Under the pieces are notes generated by a model that saw only the letters and a program-made list of their open reading frames with translations, was not told the origin of the DNA and made no database searches. A stretch of 64,000 nt of DNA from positions 13,950,001-14,014,000 of the forward strand of contig JBHGNT010000015.1 in assembly GCA_043228905.1 (NCBI GenBank), read 5' to 3'. Shown in pieces: positions 50,301-64,000 of the stretch (the stretch's first letter is position 1; every line of letters starts with the position of its first letter). Source of the DNA: Azolla caroliniana. Taxonomy: Eukaryota > Plantae > Polypodiophyta. A program made the position numbers and the translations under genes.

Positions 50301-53300
50301 AATATGACTTAGTATCTCTTGAGCAAAAATATCTATGCGAATATCATGCTTAATAATATCAAGTGTACTGGAATCAAATGGAGTACCAAAAACTTTTCTT
50401 GTAAGTAAATGTGTGGGGACATAGAAGAACTTGTTTTTTATTATCAAAGGTACGATCGCCAAGATTGGGAGTAAGATAAAAGCATCAAGACAACGCATTT
50501 GCCTTTCGTTGCAATTCCCGTCGCCGATATTTGATCTTAAAAGCAAACCGAGTAAGAAATTGTGCCCATCAAGCTTTTCATCTATTAAGCACTCATGCTG
50601 ATTGGAAATACGTGAGGCTCTTGTGATCATTATATACAATGATCTAATGAGGAGACCCTTCCAAAAATTGTCTTCTTTGCTCAGAACAATCAACAATAGA
50701 CAATAACTCTTTATCATGAATCTCGTAACTAATCTCAGTTGCATTAAAATTATGTGAGTGAAAAACAATTGGATGCAACTTTTCATCATGTCTTGATTGT
50801 GATAGAACACTCCCCAAGTGCGAAATCGGATGCATCAGCTTCAATAATAAATGACTTACCAATGTCGACATGTGCTAGGATGAGAGTTGAAGTAAAGGCA
50901 AGCTTGAGCTCCATGAATGCCTTTTCTGCATCCTTCGTCCACATGAATGAATGATTCTTCTTTGTAAGTTGAATGAGAGGAAGAATTATCTTTGAATAGT
51001 CCCTGATGAATTTATGATAAAATTAGCAAAACCTAACAAACATTGTACATCCCGTACAGAGCTCGGTGATTTCTAATCAAGGATTGTTCTGACTTTTGCA
51101 AGATCTATAACAACACCATGTTCTGAAACTATATAGCCCAGAAATTCCACTTGCTGGTAGTCAAAATCACATTTTTCAATTTTAGCATAGAGACCATATT
51201 CTCATAATCTCTATAGCACTTGTCGAACATGGATATCATGTTCCTAATGTGTCTTAGAATATATTAAGATATTGATATCTAAGAAATCTCGAAAGATATC
51301 ATTTTCCATATGTTGAAACACTGCATGAGTATTGGTTAGGCCAAAATGAATGATTGTATAGTCAAAATGTCCATAGTGCGTGCAGAAAGCTATCTTCCAC
51401 TCATCCCCATGTTGAATCTGAACTAGATTGTATGCACCTCATAAATCAATCTTCGTAAAAAATAATTCTGCTAAGGCGCTCCAAGAGACTAGATATCAAG
51501 GGTAAAGCATATGTATTATGGATTGTAACTTTGTCCAGGCCTCGGTAGTCTACCACTAAACGAAGGGATCCATCTTTTTTCTTCACAAAGAAGATAGGAG
51601 CTCCAACTTGCGATCTTGGATGTCTGATAAAGCCATTCTCTAAATTTTCATCAATATAAGCCCTAAGAACTTCTAACTCAGATGGTGATAAATTGTAAAT
51701 TGAGCCCCATGGTGGCTCCTTTCCCTCTTCTAGATCAGTGGGACAATCATATGGACGATACTCTTGAAGTTTACTAGCTTTATCCTTATAAAAAACATCA
51801 GTATATTCTTCATACATTTTTGGAAGTTTTCCATTAGATGTATTGTGAGAACTTGTCTTAACTAATTCTGAAAATAGAAAAATCTCCTCTTATCGTCCTT
51901 CCTTGCGCAATTCTTTTAGTGAAATAGTAGAAATTTGATGAACTTTCTTAGAGCACGAAATATGATGTCTACCTTGAATCTCTCGTTGGTACGAATCTAT
52001 TTTCAGATTGTGAAGCTCAAGCCATGGTAAGCCCAACATGATTGGATGTTCGGGGCTACTAATTATATTGAATGAAATGATGCATGCCAGTTTATCTAGT
52101 ATATTCTTCATACATTTTTGGAAGTTTTCCAATAGATGTATTGTGAGAACTGGACTTAACTAATTCTAAAAATAGAAACATTTCCTCTTATCGTCCTTGC
52201 GCAATTCTTTTAGTGAAATGGTAAAAATTTGATGAACTTTCATAGAGCACGAAATATGATGTCTACCTTGAATCTCTCGTTGGTACGAATCTATTTTTGG
52301 ATTGTGAAGCTCAAGCCAAGGTAAGCCCAAGACGATTGGATGTTCAGGGCTACTAATTATATTGAATGAAATGATGCATGCCAGTTTATCTAAAACCACC
52401 CATAGAGGCTGTAATTCTTTGACTATATTACCAGATGCAATAGGACACCCATCAATTACAACCATTGAAATTGGGTATGGAAGCTTTTCTAAAGCTACTT
52501 TCTATGTGCAAGAAAATTCTCGATCCATTCCTAGCAGAGACGGAAATTGCATGACCACTTGATGTACCAAGTTGAACTTGAGCTAAAAAAAACTTTGTTG
52601 GCTTGCATGGAAGAAATGGAACCAATGCTAGGAATGAACCATGATGCTTTTTGGTTTTCCAACCAAATGGCTCCTATTTTGATCGGACCTACTCGTTTTC
52701 CTCCTCGTGTTTGGTCAATACCTCAAATCTATTGGATAGAGTGGGGCTATTGATGTTATGATTGTTATTAGATGCACCTATAAAATTAGAATAAGGTTTA
52801 TTGACTGTATTAATGTGATTGACTTTACGCCTTGGCCTATTAGGACAATTGATGGCTATATGACCTGGTCTCCCACAATATAAACAAAGATGATTTGTAC
52901 AATGTTATTGTTTCTCTTCTTCTAAGAGAGGCCCTCGTCTACGAGTTACATCGATCTCCATAGGTGTTGTGGTCTCCATTCGAATTAGGCTATATGATTT
53001 CCTAAGAGATGCTTGTGTTGTTACAGATGTATATGTGGGAGCTAACCTTGGTTTTGTGATTTGTTATTGTTGCTCCAACTGTCGCTCAAAAAGTCGGTTA
53101 TTGCAGCGTACCACACGACTTATTACTTCTGTAAGTGATTTTGGATCTTCTGGAAACGTCAATAGTAGATCTTTCACATCGTTACGAAGACCAAAACAAA
53201 ATTGATCCACTAACGCTTGATCTTCCATGGGATGTCAGATGCGAGGAGAATAAAATTTGTAACCTTCGAATTTTGTTGATTGTGGTCTCATACTATCCAT

Positions 53301-53910
53301 GCCTCCAAAACAAGACTTGAACTCTTTAATAAATTCTTCAAACTTGCTTAATAATGGAAATCCATTTTCAAGTAATGGAGCAAACCAAGCTACGATTGTT
53401 CCCGTAAGCAAGGTGCTTAAGACATACTCGAGATGTGTTGGTTGGATAACGGGTTGGATGCATTTGGAAAACCAATTGAACTTGATTTAAGAACCCTTGG
53501 AATTTGATCACGTTTCATCAAAATTTCCGTGAAGATAAATTTAGGCTCTTTGAAGCCTCCATGATTCCCTGTTGCTTGTTGTTGCAAAGCAAGTAATGCT
53601 AATTCCAACTACTGCACCCATTGTAAGAACTCACCAAGTAATTGTTGTTTCTCCATAGTTGCCTTCTGTAAGTCATCTAGTAGACGTTGATTCTCCCGTT
53701 CAAGTGCCATGAACATGGTTTTGAAAAATTTCACTTTTGCTACAAGGACGAGATAATCTTGTTGATTAACTATGGTCATAACTACAAAGGGCTATGAGAC
53801 GAAGGCGAATTCTGGTTCAAACTGTCAAGTGACTATATAAATGTATTATATAAAAGAAAAATAGAACAAGGCATGAATAGATCATAGAAAATAATGGATG
53901 TATATTCGTA
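47390..53910 (-). mobile_element. Ty3/Gypsy chromovirus (Tcn1-like), copy 2, with chromodomain, PPT and 3' LTR
   Basis: [23 protein letters not shown] (51446-51817); LHPVFH..YEVAVILDSKIRYGHLYYLVD (48037-48282). PPT agagggggatag at ~47880-47891; LTR about 47390-47879; ~300-bp internal duplication at 51800-52390. Confidence 0.92.
48872..49855. mobile_element. Solo LTR in the chromovirus integrase, copy 2
   Basis: TGTCATGA..TTATGACA, same insertion site as 9030-9980; near 4-bp TSD (GCAT/GCGT on minus). Confidence 0.8.
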
Positions 53911-55531
53911 GTGCGCGTTGTAGCCTACAGGCGATAAACCATCGTATAAAGTGTAGCCTCAGGCAATAACTATGAAAAGACTATCAATACTGTTGAAGGA
54001 AATCTCATAAGGAAAAAGGGAGGCAACAAACTTCAAACATCCTGCTGTGGCCATAAAGTTGAAAATGAATACGCTCACACTTCTTAGTCTCAACATCTTC
54101 TCCCTTTCTAATTCTTTCTGAGAGTTGTAAAAAACATTTTCCTCAATATATCTAAGCTTCTAGCCATCCTTGGGTACATCTAGGTAGGATTTTAGATTGA
54201 GAGATCATGCCTCTTGTAGTTTTCATCCACTATTTTACAACTCTAAGCTCTAATATCAAGCTAGTGGATGATTCATGCTGCACAAGTGAGGTACATCCAA
54301 TTGGAAGGTGCATACTTTGCTCCTAACTCAATAGATAAATGGAAGTGGAGGCAATAAATTGAAGGTAGTGGATGATCCATGGTGCATAATTGAGGTACAT
54401 CCAATTGGAGGTTGCATACCTTTCTTCTAACGCAATAGCTAAAGTGAATTTTCATAGGATACTTTGACAGTTCATACCCCTGAAAAGGTGGTTAAGGAAC
54501 ATAGGGTGCATAAGTATGTAGGAAAGGGTTTGCTTCTCAAAAGACAAACAAGAACTTCAGAGGGTGCCAAGAAAGGTTGTCAAGATGCTCGTTTGGAGAA
54601 AAGGACATCACTAAAACTTGTGTATATATATGTAACGTATACATACATTTGTAATTTTGCAAGGATGCAAATATTACGAACTATGAATATGCATGCCCTA
54701 AGTGTTTCTTCTACAATGTCCAAGGTGCAAGAAATTGTCAATTTGCTTGCAGATGATTTCTTGCTTTATGTTGTTATACATATGCAGCAATGCGGAATTT
54801 TTCCATATAGTATTGATGAAGGAAATTTGGGTATGCTCAATTCAGGATTTGTTTGTTCTAAAATATTCTTCCGGCTTCTTAAATGTTAGTGGTTACAAGT
54901 TTGACATATCTGTATATATGATTATATTATCTCCACCTTGTAGGAAATTTATAGGTTAAGTTGGGATCTATATGTTAGCATAGGTGAGAGACTGATCCGA
55001 CGGGTGTCTGTGTTTGGTATCAGTAGCACATGTTTTGCTACACAGACTTGGTTTCATTTTTCTATGTACACTTTTGGAAGAAGTGATTTGGTTTTCGTGA
55101 ATCGTTTCTACATAGTTGCTGGGTATTCAAACTTTAAGTTGTAGCCTTTGGGCATTTTTTTTTCCTTTAAAGATACATCTATTAATATTAAATGATAATA
55201 CAAGAGATAGTAGAACGTGTACACTCTATGAGCTCAATGACAAAATGTAGTAATGAAGTAGAGTATGACGAAGATACAAATCATGTATGGGCCCAATGAA
55301 TATATAGAGATGATGGTCAAAATAGCCTTTGGGTGTTTTTAATACTACTGAACAAAATATTTCAAGAAAAAAAAAAGAAAAATTCAAAATCTTCAATGTC
55401 CCCCTCTATGGAGTTTAGAACCCTGAATCGATAGCTCATTTCATGTATGTTATGCATTTTATTTTATTCAACTATTTTTTCTTGTCGAATTGCATTTTTA
55501 TCAACTGCAGCATCTTTCACACCGTGCAAAC

Positions 55532-57200
55532 TGTTGATACTAGCAATTACTGTCGAGATTAACGCGGAATACTGCTCGGCCACAACCTAGTCTTAGCTCG
55601 TTTCGATGAGAATCAAACACCCAGAAAAATGGGATGGGAGTGAATACACGTACACACAGACTATAGAGAAGAGTACACTGGATGTTTACTTGGAAAACCC
55701 TAAAGGAGAAAAACCACGGGGGTGCACTAACTCCAACTATCACTATATGAGGGGAGTACAAATATATGCACAGAGGTAACAACCTGCTACACACAGTCTT
55801 CACCAGGCAGCGGTTACAACAGAAAGTGCTCTTAGCAACTTTCTCTCTCTCCTTGTCTCTTTCTCTCTCTCAGTACAACGGTTACTCATACAACAACAAC
55901 ACGCAACTCTCTGCTACATACTAAAAAGATGTTTTCCCTAGGTCATATTTATACCCATATGACTTTCGGGCTATTTACAAATATAACCCCAATGGGCTTT
56001 CTATCTCCTCATCCGGTGAGAGAGCGTCACTAGGTAATCTCCATCCGGCTCTCGCCGGGTACTCATCATCCGGCTCTTGTCGGGTACTCGTCATTTGGCT
56101 GTCGCCGGGTACTCTTATTCGGATCCCATCCAGAGGTACTGAATTCCGAATAATCTCCCCCTTCATTCTGGCATCGGATGTCTTGTCAGCCCGATCCGCC
56201 TCCGGCACACGTCCAGCTTGTTGGGTGTCAGCACTTTGGTCAGCATGTCCAACCCGTTCTCCTCCGTATGGATTTTCATCAGCACGAACTCCTTATCTTC
56301 TACTCTTTCTTGGATCCAGTGGTATCTCCGCTAGATATCCTTCATCTGGGAATGGTAGGCCGCATTCTTCGCAAGGTGGATGGCACTTTGATTGTTGCAG
56401 TAGAGACGGTATTCCTCCTGTCGGATCCCAAGCTCACCGATGAAGTCCTTTATCCAGATTATCTCCTTGCCAGCTTCCACAACTGCTATGTACTCCGCCT
56501 CTGTGGTTGACAATGCAACTGTCTTCTGCAGCCTCGACTGCCACGAAACGACTCCCCCTGCATAATTCATGACATAACTAGATCTGGATCGGCTGGTATC
56601 CGCATCAGCCATCATATCCGAATCCGTGAATCCGTCGAATTAGGGTTTACCAGAGCCGAATCGGAGGCACATGCTCGAGGTGCCTTTCAAGGATCGGAGT
56701 ATCCACTTTACCGCGTTCCAGTGGTCTCTTCCGAGATTGCTCTTAAACCGGCTCACCACTCCGACTGCATATCCGATATCCAGCCGGGTACACACCATCC
56801 CATACATCAGGCTTCCGACTGCAAAGGCATATGGTATCTTCATCATATACGCCTTCTATGATTTTGTCTTCGGGCTTTTCTTACCCGATAATCTCCAGTT
56901 TTCCGAGAGTGTCGATCCAACCGGTTTCGCTTCCGACATGTTGAACTGTTGAAGCACCTTCGTCATGTATTTCTCTTGTGACAACCACAACAGCTTCTTC
57001 GACCGGTCCCAGATGATATGCATCCCCAGTATCTGTCTTGCCGGACCCAAGTGTTTTATTGAGAAGGTCTGGTTCAGAGCCTTCTTCCACATACGTATCT
57101 TGGCTTGGTCTCACCATCGACCTCTTGTCGATTACTCGTCGTCCGGCTCTCGCCGTTTACTCTTATTTGGATCACATCTGAAGGGACTGAATTCCCAACA
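55532..57200 (-). mobile_element. Internally deleted Tnt1-like Copia, copy 2 (5' LTR stub fused to RT; RH, PPT and full 3' LTR 55532-56152)
   Basis: KIPYAFAVGSLMY..; WQSRLQKTVALSTTEAEY; PPT gaagggggagat at 56153-56164 (minus). Confidence 0.9.
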
Positions 57201-58340
57201 ATTACCTCTTGCATATACTATTTGGGCTTTTTCATGGATTGTTCCTCTTCGACCGATTTCATTTTTTTCCTTGGACAATGCTTTGCGAGATGCACCATTT
57301 CTCTACAAACATAGCATTGACTGAACCTACCCACATAATCAACATCCACCTATACCCATCCATAATCCTCGTGAGAACATTAAGTTTTGGTGGGAGAGCA
57401 TCCAAGTTTTTCACTAGAAATTTTGCCCTAGGCATCTTTTAAAGCATCTTAGACATAGTCTTTTTATGAGGATAGAGATCTTCCAAGTTTGCACAAAGGG
57501 TTGGAATCAGTGAGTGTAGGTGTGGGAAAGGGTTTTCCAGCATCTCATTCTCTTCAATTGGGTTAAAGGAGACATACCTTTCCATTAGTAATTCCTTTTC
57601 ATATTTGACCTCTAGTGGGCTAGCAATCAAGATGACCTTGATGTCCTCTTCTTAGTCTAGCTCAATATGGTAAAAGCCTAGACTGTGTGCATTAACCTAT
57701 TTTATCTTGGCATATTTTCTTGACGCGCCATCTACAACATATTGCGTAGCATTCCCTTGCTTGGCCTCCCTCCTATTATTTTGGAGATAAGCAATCAATC
57801 TTAATTTTTCTACTTCTACATTAAACATGTCATTCTCTTGTGGGAAGCAAATGATTTCCAACATATTGTTATTTGCATCATCCCCACGATTCAAGTTTTT
57901 CATCATGGCATCATATTTGGCATCAACCATTGGGCTATATGACACATTTGTTCGACTGTTAAGCATATGTTATTCATCCATTCTGATTACAAAGTGCAAG
58001 GCTTCTCTTTGTGATCATATTTCTTGATGATATCTTAATCTCCTCCAAAACACATGGAGAGCATCATACTCATGTTTGCCAAGTCTTGGAGAGTAACACA
58101 TGCATGGTCTTTATGCTAAGCTAGAGAAGATTCTAGGATATGTTATCTCCCCATTGGGCATCTCAATGGATCTAGCAAAAGTTACAATAGTCATTGAATG
58201 GAAGCGACCTAAAACAATTAAGGATGTTCAAACATTCCTTTGCGTTGTCAACTTCTATCAACGTTTCATAAAAATTTACTCTGAGATCGCTCTTCCTCTA
58301 CCATAGCTCACATAAAAGGATTATGTATTCATATGGACTA

Positions 58341-59140
58341 TGTTGAGAATCAAGCTCAACTTGGTCTAGTGTGTGAACTCACCTTGAGAGTGAAGAGACA
58401 CTCCAACGGTCAAGATTCACCATTATGTCACCACTTTGTATTCTAGCATTTAGTATGAGTCATAGAATCATATTCTATGACACATAACTTATGAGCTTTT
58501 TCATTCCCCATGCTCCATGAGTCTTGTAGTTAATGAAGAGAGAGGGTGACTATATAAAGCACCCTCCTCTGACCTTGTATTAAGTTGAGTCTTTCTCCTT
58601 TGTTAATACAATCTACCTTGCGTATGCTCTGTGTCTTACTCCTTGTCTCTCTCACTCACACACACTCTCTCTCTCATACACACACACAATTCACACCTAT
58701 TCCGCTACACAAGAATCATACCCGATTCTTTACTTGGTATCAGAGCGATTTGGTAGCTCGATCTAGCCCATTCGCCTCATCATGATCGTGTGTTGTGCTC
58801 TACGCCGACGACCAAGAACCAGCTCATCGCTATCGTAGTTTCGTGACATAGCATTTGAAGAGAGACGAAGAAGAAGAAGAAGAATCAACACAATGAATAC
58901 TCAAATGGGGAGCGCTCTCCCTACCGAGAAGTTGGATCGAAACAACTTTGCATCTTGGGAGTACAAGATGCACCAATACCTTGTCGGACAAGGCTATTGG
59001 AGCTACATCAAAGGAGAGCATGTAGACCGACCCGCCGAAGCGGCTTCCGGATACGCGACATGGGAGCAAGCCGCAAGCCGCAAGCCGCGTGATGTATTGC
59101 TTGGCGACATGTGTTCACAATCACATGTGATGGATTCTCA
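58341..59140 (+). mobile_element. Ty1/Copia 5' fragment: LTR, tRNA-iMet PBS, gag start
   Basis: TGTTGAG start; PBS tggtatcagagc at 58735-58746; gag EKLDRNNFASWEYKMHQYLVGQGYWSYI (58893). Confidence 0.88.
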
Positions 59141-59144
59141 TTGA

Positions 59145-59485
59145 ATGTGGTTAGTTTTCAACGGGAATCCAATGGTTGAAAGAATGGGAATCCAATGCAG
59201 TACATCAGATTTCCGTTTCCACCATAATCTGATGCAGTGCATTGGATTCTAGTTGAATAAATTTCTTTTCAACCAAAATCCTATGCAGTGCATCAGATTC
59301 CAGTTGAGAAGTTGAAAACTAATGTATTTCAACCAGAATACACTACATCGGATTTCGGTTGAAAATAAGCTTTATTCAATCAATCCAATGCACTACATTG
59401 CATTCTAATTGACACCACTATGAAATCCGATGCAGTGCATCAGATTTCTTTGTAATACATCTAAAATCCGATGCACTACATTAAA
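59145..59485. repeat. Palindromic repeat array (aatc(c/t)(g/a)atgca[c/g]t(g/a)catc(a/g)gatt), about 8 units, family 2
   Basis: Directly visible, ~45-55 bp spacing, flanked by ttcaacc/ggttgaa. Confidence 0.88.
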
Positions 59486-59579
59486 CTGACAACGTTAGAC
59501 ACCTAAAGGTAAGAGAAAATAGAAAGGCATCTTTATGGCATCTTTTAGATTCTAACAAATTTGAGGGAATATTCAGTAC

Positions 59580-59605
59580 CTTGCGAGTTTCTTTCCACGA
59601 TTCAT
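59580..59605 (-). other. Putative first micro-exon (MNRGKKLA-R) of the family-2 partner gene
   Basis: ATG AAT CGT GGA AAG AAA CTC GCA AG|GTACTG, phase 2 like exon 1 at 43432-43466; TTTAAATAGGG at ~59720-59730 upstream. Confidence 0.5.
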
Positions 59606-59905
59606 GTTGTTGTCGGAGAGGGTGGAGGCAAAAAAGTTGGTTTCTATGAAGGCTGGGAGGCTATGTGCTCTCCAGCTCGTGAACTCCGAAATTCGTAGGT
59701 GGACAATGAAGCGTGACCTCCCTATTTAAAAAGAAGCCTTGTCACATTTAATGACTTAATTATATAATTAATTTTCTTTGAAAAAAACATAAACATAAAA
59801 GATAATTAAACTCATAAAGTAAAATTTAATCTTTCTTTATTTATTTATCGGATGTGTTAATTTTTTTAAACATAATCTTCTTAACATTTCGCGAAGAACA
59901 GGTGT

Positions 59906-62652
59906 ATGCATATTATTGATGACCAAACACGTCAGATCATGAAGGTCTTAGTGTTCGATTCAATGTCGTCCAATTCAAGCAGGAACTCTATACAATTTTC
60001 AGTGGAACCTTATCTCTTTTCGGACAATTCTTCTTTTTCAGTCGAAGAATACAAGTGGTCACATTCGACGAAGCGGTTAAATCAAGAGAAGCACTGTAAC
60101 AATTCTAGCTCTTTGTTCTCAACTAATCCTTTCAGTTGGCCGAGACTAAGTGAGATCGTAAGAAGTGGCCCATTGGTAGGCGATGACAACCATGATACCT
60201 CAAATGATGATGTTGTTGTAAATCAACCTCTTACATTTAGAAGAATTCCTCGACAAGTGAGTTCAAAGTGATTTAACTTCTTATGTTCCGATCTTCAAGT
60301 TATTTGTGATTCCAGCAAGTCTTGTTGTGGGAATGACTCTTTAGCTAAAGTTGGAAAGGCAAATTTACATGTGCTAAGGCAAAAGTATCTTTCACTCAAT
60401 GGGGTGGAGCAAGATACATTTCTTATTTCACATATGCAGCTTTTGAAGGAAGAGTTACAACATATAGGGATTGGTTCAATACATGTTGAATATTTCCTTG
60501 GAATGAATAATAAGTGTTGCCGAGTTGCTTTTATGATTGCTCATAGCATTGCTAATATGAGGCTCCAGAGAATACGACAATGTCTAGTGAAAGGAGAATG
60601 GATACCTTTTAATAAGATTCAAGTAGAGGTCTTATAGGACGCCATGCACTAAATTGGATGGAGATTTATTTCTCAAAGCAATGTGAGGTTATGCCTATTA
60701 CTAGAAGAGTACATTTGTCTGATAACTTTGCACATCATGAGGTTTATCTAGCATATAAGGATGCAATGGTTTCAGAAAGGCTACACTACATACAGTATCG
60801 ACATTTCATACGATTATGGAGGCTACAGTTCAACAATGTGGTTATACCACGCAAGGTCCAGATGGGTGTATGCTCGATTTGTGCAAGCTTAAAAAGTATG
60901 GCAATGGGTGGGAGATCAGATGAAGAAATAAGGAATTACAAGATTTTGCTAAAAGAACATCATGAAAGTCAATCCTTGGAACAATCTAAAGCCATGCACC
61001 ATCGACAAAAAGCTCTTCAATCACTTGAAAGGTATATGTGTATGATTATTGATGGAATGGATCAAAAGAAGACTTGTAGATGAATGTCTTTTACAAATGC
61101 ATTTAGTAGGTTGTTTGTTGTACTCTCAATGAATAAGGCCACAAGTATTCTTGACTTATCCTAATATTCACAATGATCCTAAAGTTACAGTCACAATCAT
61201 GCAAAGAGTCTTACAATCTTGGCTAGGTATACAACTGCCCGTGCTATATTTGCAATTGGACAATACAACTAGAGAAAACAAGAACTCCACTGTCTTTGGT
61301 TATTTAAGTATGTTAGTGGAGAAGGGCATATTTCAAATTGTAAAGGGAAACTTCTTACTAGTTGGTCATACACATAATCATATAGATCAAATGTTCGGTA
61401 GATTTTCAAAGAAATTAGCACACTTTGATGCTTTCACACTTCCCCTATTGTCAAGGTTGATTTCTGAGGTGTACACCAAAGTCAGAAGTATACCATTTGA
61501 AAGAAGTGTATGATTTTAAACGCTTGTGTATGGATGGTGGTGGGGGTCAATGTAAGGTTCTTGCACATCTTCATAATATAAGTTTCAACCATATCTTCTT
61601 AATAAAAAGAAATGGTGTGCATGATAATGCAACATTATTGTATGCAAAGCAATACTCATCTAGTACAAAGTGGGAACCACAAGAGGGATGCAGGTTCTTG
61701 CTACATGTCCCAAACGATACAATCCAAGGTACTGAACAAATACCATATGATGATCATAAAAAAGGGCTCCTAGAAGCTCAATTGATGAGCAAAGGATATA
61801 TTGGATCAAATGCATTGAAGAGAAAACGAAAAATATTGAGCGCACAAAGAAGTATGCAGGTAATCAAGACTTCGAATCGTGGGATATCTTTTTTCAAGAA
61901 TAACACATGATTCTAACTAATTACACTATTGGATATTGGCCACTCCAAAACCCGTTTATATGGAATCTAGGTGTTCCTTCAAGAGTGCTCACGAATCACA
62001 ATCAATCACTTGATAATATTGAACTTGGTAATCTAGTTCGTCCACCACAGAGAGATATTTACGTGGGGCCAAGAGTTTCATGTATTGCAGCGGCGAGATG
62101 GCAAGGAAATTTGCAAGAGTTACAAGTTGGGATGTTGATTGCAATGTTAGCTAGGGATAATGAGTTGGGTCATCCATTTTAGATAGTTAAGATTGTAGAA
62201 CTATTGAAGGATGAGCAAGGCAATCAACTAAAGTCCCTTGTGGTTCATTGGTATCATACCACATCCCATGATGCATTTATGGGAAAGTATTCTTTAGAGA
62301 TGATTAAAGATGTCGAAGGCATGTCAAGTAGAAAACGAAGAAGATTGTACCCAACACAAGCACTCTCACATTGGATAATGTAGATATTCTTGTGTATGAT
62401 TTCTCATTAACAAAAATAGGTCATTTCCGACAGATCACAATCAAGATCCTGAAAGAGAAGATCCCAAATATAGCTCTAGCCATACCACGAAGACGAACAA
62501 GAAGCATGATGCATAACCCTAATGACGTAGGTTTGCAACTTGATGAAGACAATTCATTAATTGCTAGAGATGATGAGGACGAGACCTCTCAGAGAACTTC
62601 TAGTTCATTTGATGGCTCTGAGGAAGATGGTATTGACTTGGCAAATAATTGA
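59906..62652 (+). pseudogene. Sola/DUF7869-like DDE transposase, family 2, near full length, frameshifted
   Basis: FSVEEY repeats, CCRVAF, CSICASLK, IIDGMDQKKT, LYLQLDNTTRENKN, FLLVGHTHNHIDQMF, ARWQGNLQEL, VVHWY; collinear with 44304-47075. Confidence 0.82.
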
Positions 62653-64000
62653 TCTGGTACATAAACTATGATTTTGTATTGTATGTCAATATGTAGATTC
62701 ACGAATTTGTAAAAATATTAGTACTACTCATTTCTTTACATTGATTTGTAATTTTGGCTACCCCATTATAAAGCCTTTTTTGGGATTGTTTATATTCTCA
62801 AAATGCTAGAAATCAATATATTTTTGGATCTATTGTACAAATACTTTACGCATGCGACACCCCTTTTGGTGAAATGAGATGTATTATGCCATTTTTTGAT
62901 AGACAATTCTCAAATTGCGACATATTACCTATTTGAAATGTCACTGCGTTAAAGAACATATAATTTAAAGTAAGAAGAGACGTATTCACATGTCGTGCTT
63001 TAAATATTTAATGAGTAAGTACTATTGTTTCATAAGCAAACAACATCTAATTTAAAGTAAGAAACTGGATTGTAGTCACATGACATGTTTTAAACATGAG
63101 TTCATGAGTAAGTGTTGTAGTGAACAATGCTTGTTGAGTAGTTTTGCGTCTTCAATGAAGAAAAATGCAAGGTAGCCAATAGATGCATAGGTAAGAAAAA
63201 AATGATACATTTTGAACCTTTTTTTAATTCGTTTAATTTCATTCAATTTCCTACATCGACCGATACAACAACTAATGTTGGCCTGCGTGAACGCATATCT
63301 TTAACAGTACCCCTGCCAATGAAGAGATGATGGCCCATCATTTAGTCAATCATCACAAGCAATCAATTAATGTGCCACCAAGAAACGATCAATCAAAAAC
63401 TAGTACGTACATCGAGATTAATTGGACGTCAAAATTCTGCAAATTCCACGTTCACAACCAAACATGAAAACATAAACATGTTAAGAATCCAAAACAAAGG
63501 ATCCATTTAATCTCTATTGTATCTATAGACAAGAAAGATACATAGTGAAATCCAAATATATAGAAAAACATCACAAACTAGCACGTACATCGAGACAATT
63601 GGACGTCTAAATTCTGCAAAGGCTACGTTCACAGCCAAACATGAAAATATAAACATATTAAGAAACCAAAACAAAGGAGCCATTTAACATGTGAACCATA
63701 AAAATAGAAAAAGGCCAGTGTACACATTGCATTATGACCATTCGTCAACATATCAATGCCATGAATTTCAAAACTTTGTAAGCAACACCCACCAAGAAAA
63801 CTAATAAAAGAGAAACTATCCCAACAGATGTCAATGACAATTGACCATCTTTAATATCAATATAGAGGGTCGGAGAGGGAAAAACGATCGTCCATAAGAA
63901 ACCGAAATAGGTAAGGGCAAGCTGCAACTCATTGATTTTGCCACCTTTCTCCTCCTGAAGGAAAGATCGGTATAATAAAAGGTCAACACATAATCCAAAA

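Larger units (their letters stand above)
48642..64000 (+). repeat. Segmental duplicate of ~8787-27415 (direct orientation, ~40 kb offset)
   Basis: Collinear shared sequence, including junctions between unrelated elements: 8787-17975 = 48642-58340; 20637-23106 = 59151-63337; 25652-25712 = 63334-63395; 26900-27415 = 63396-64000. Confidence 0.93.

Noticed and set aside
54464-54889. 141-aa ORF
   Set aside because: Spans a copy-specific deletion junction; the paralog has a stop and ~560 bp of extra sequence.
59145-59485. CRISPR array
   Set aside because: Same reasons: irregular short spacers and a transposon context.

Overview
Repeat-dominated eukaryotic DNA from a land plant, probably a fern or other seed-free plant (inferred from PLS-type PPR debris and the retroelement lineages present). 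No intact host gene is evident. Most of the window is nested, decayed LTR retrotransposons (Ty3/Gypsy of OTA-like and Tcn1-like chromovirus type, and Ty1/Copia). The block ~8.8-27.4 kb is duplicated at ~48.6-64 kb with independent later insertions and deletions. There is also a triplicated intronless ENY2/SUS1 pseudogene and a tRNA-derived SINE with a 14-bp TSD. The standout is a two-gene DNA-transposon-like unit at ~41.0-47.1 kb. A Sola/DUF7869-like DDE transposase (+) lies head-to-head with a five-exon gene (-) whose spliced product resembles a beta-class amino (N6-adenine/N4-cytosine) DNA methyltransferase (DIPY motif, truncated before the SAM-binding motif). The first intron of that gene holds a fold-back array of ~39-bp palindromes. 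A second, diverged family at ~59.1-62.7 kb (and 20.5-22.5 kb) keeps the same layout with a different palindrome. Family assignments are by motif recognition only; no searches were run.
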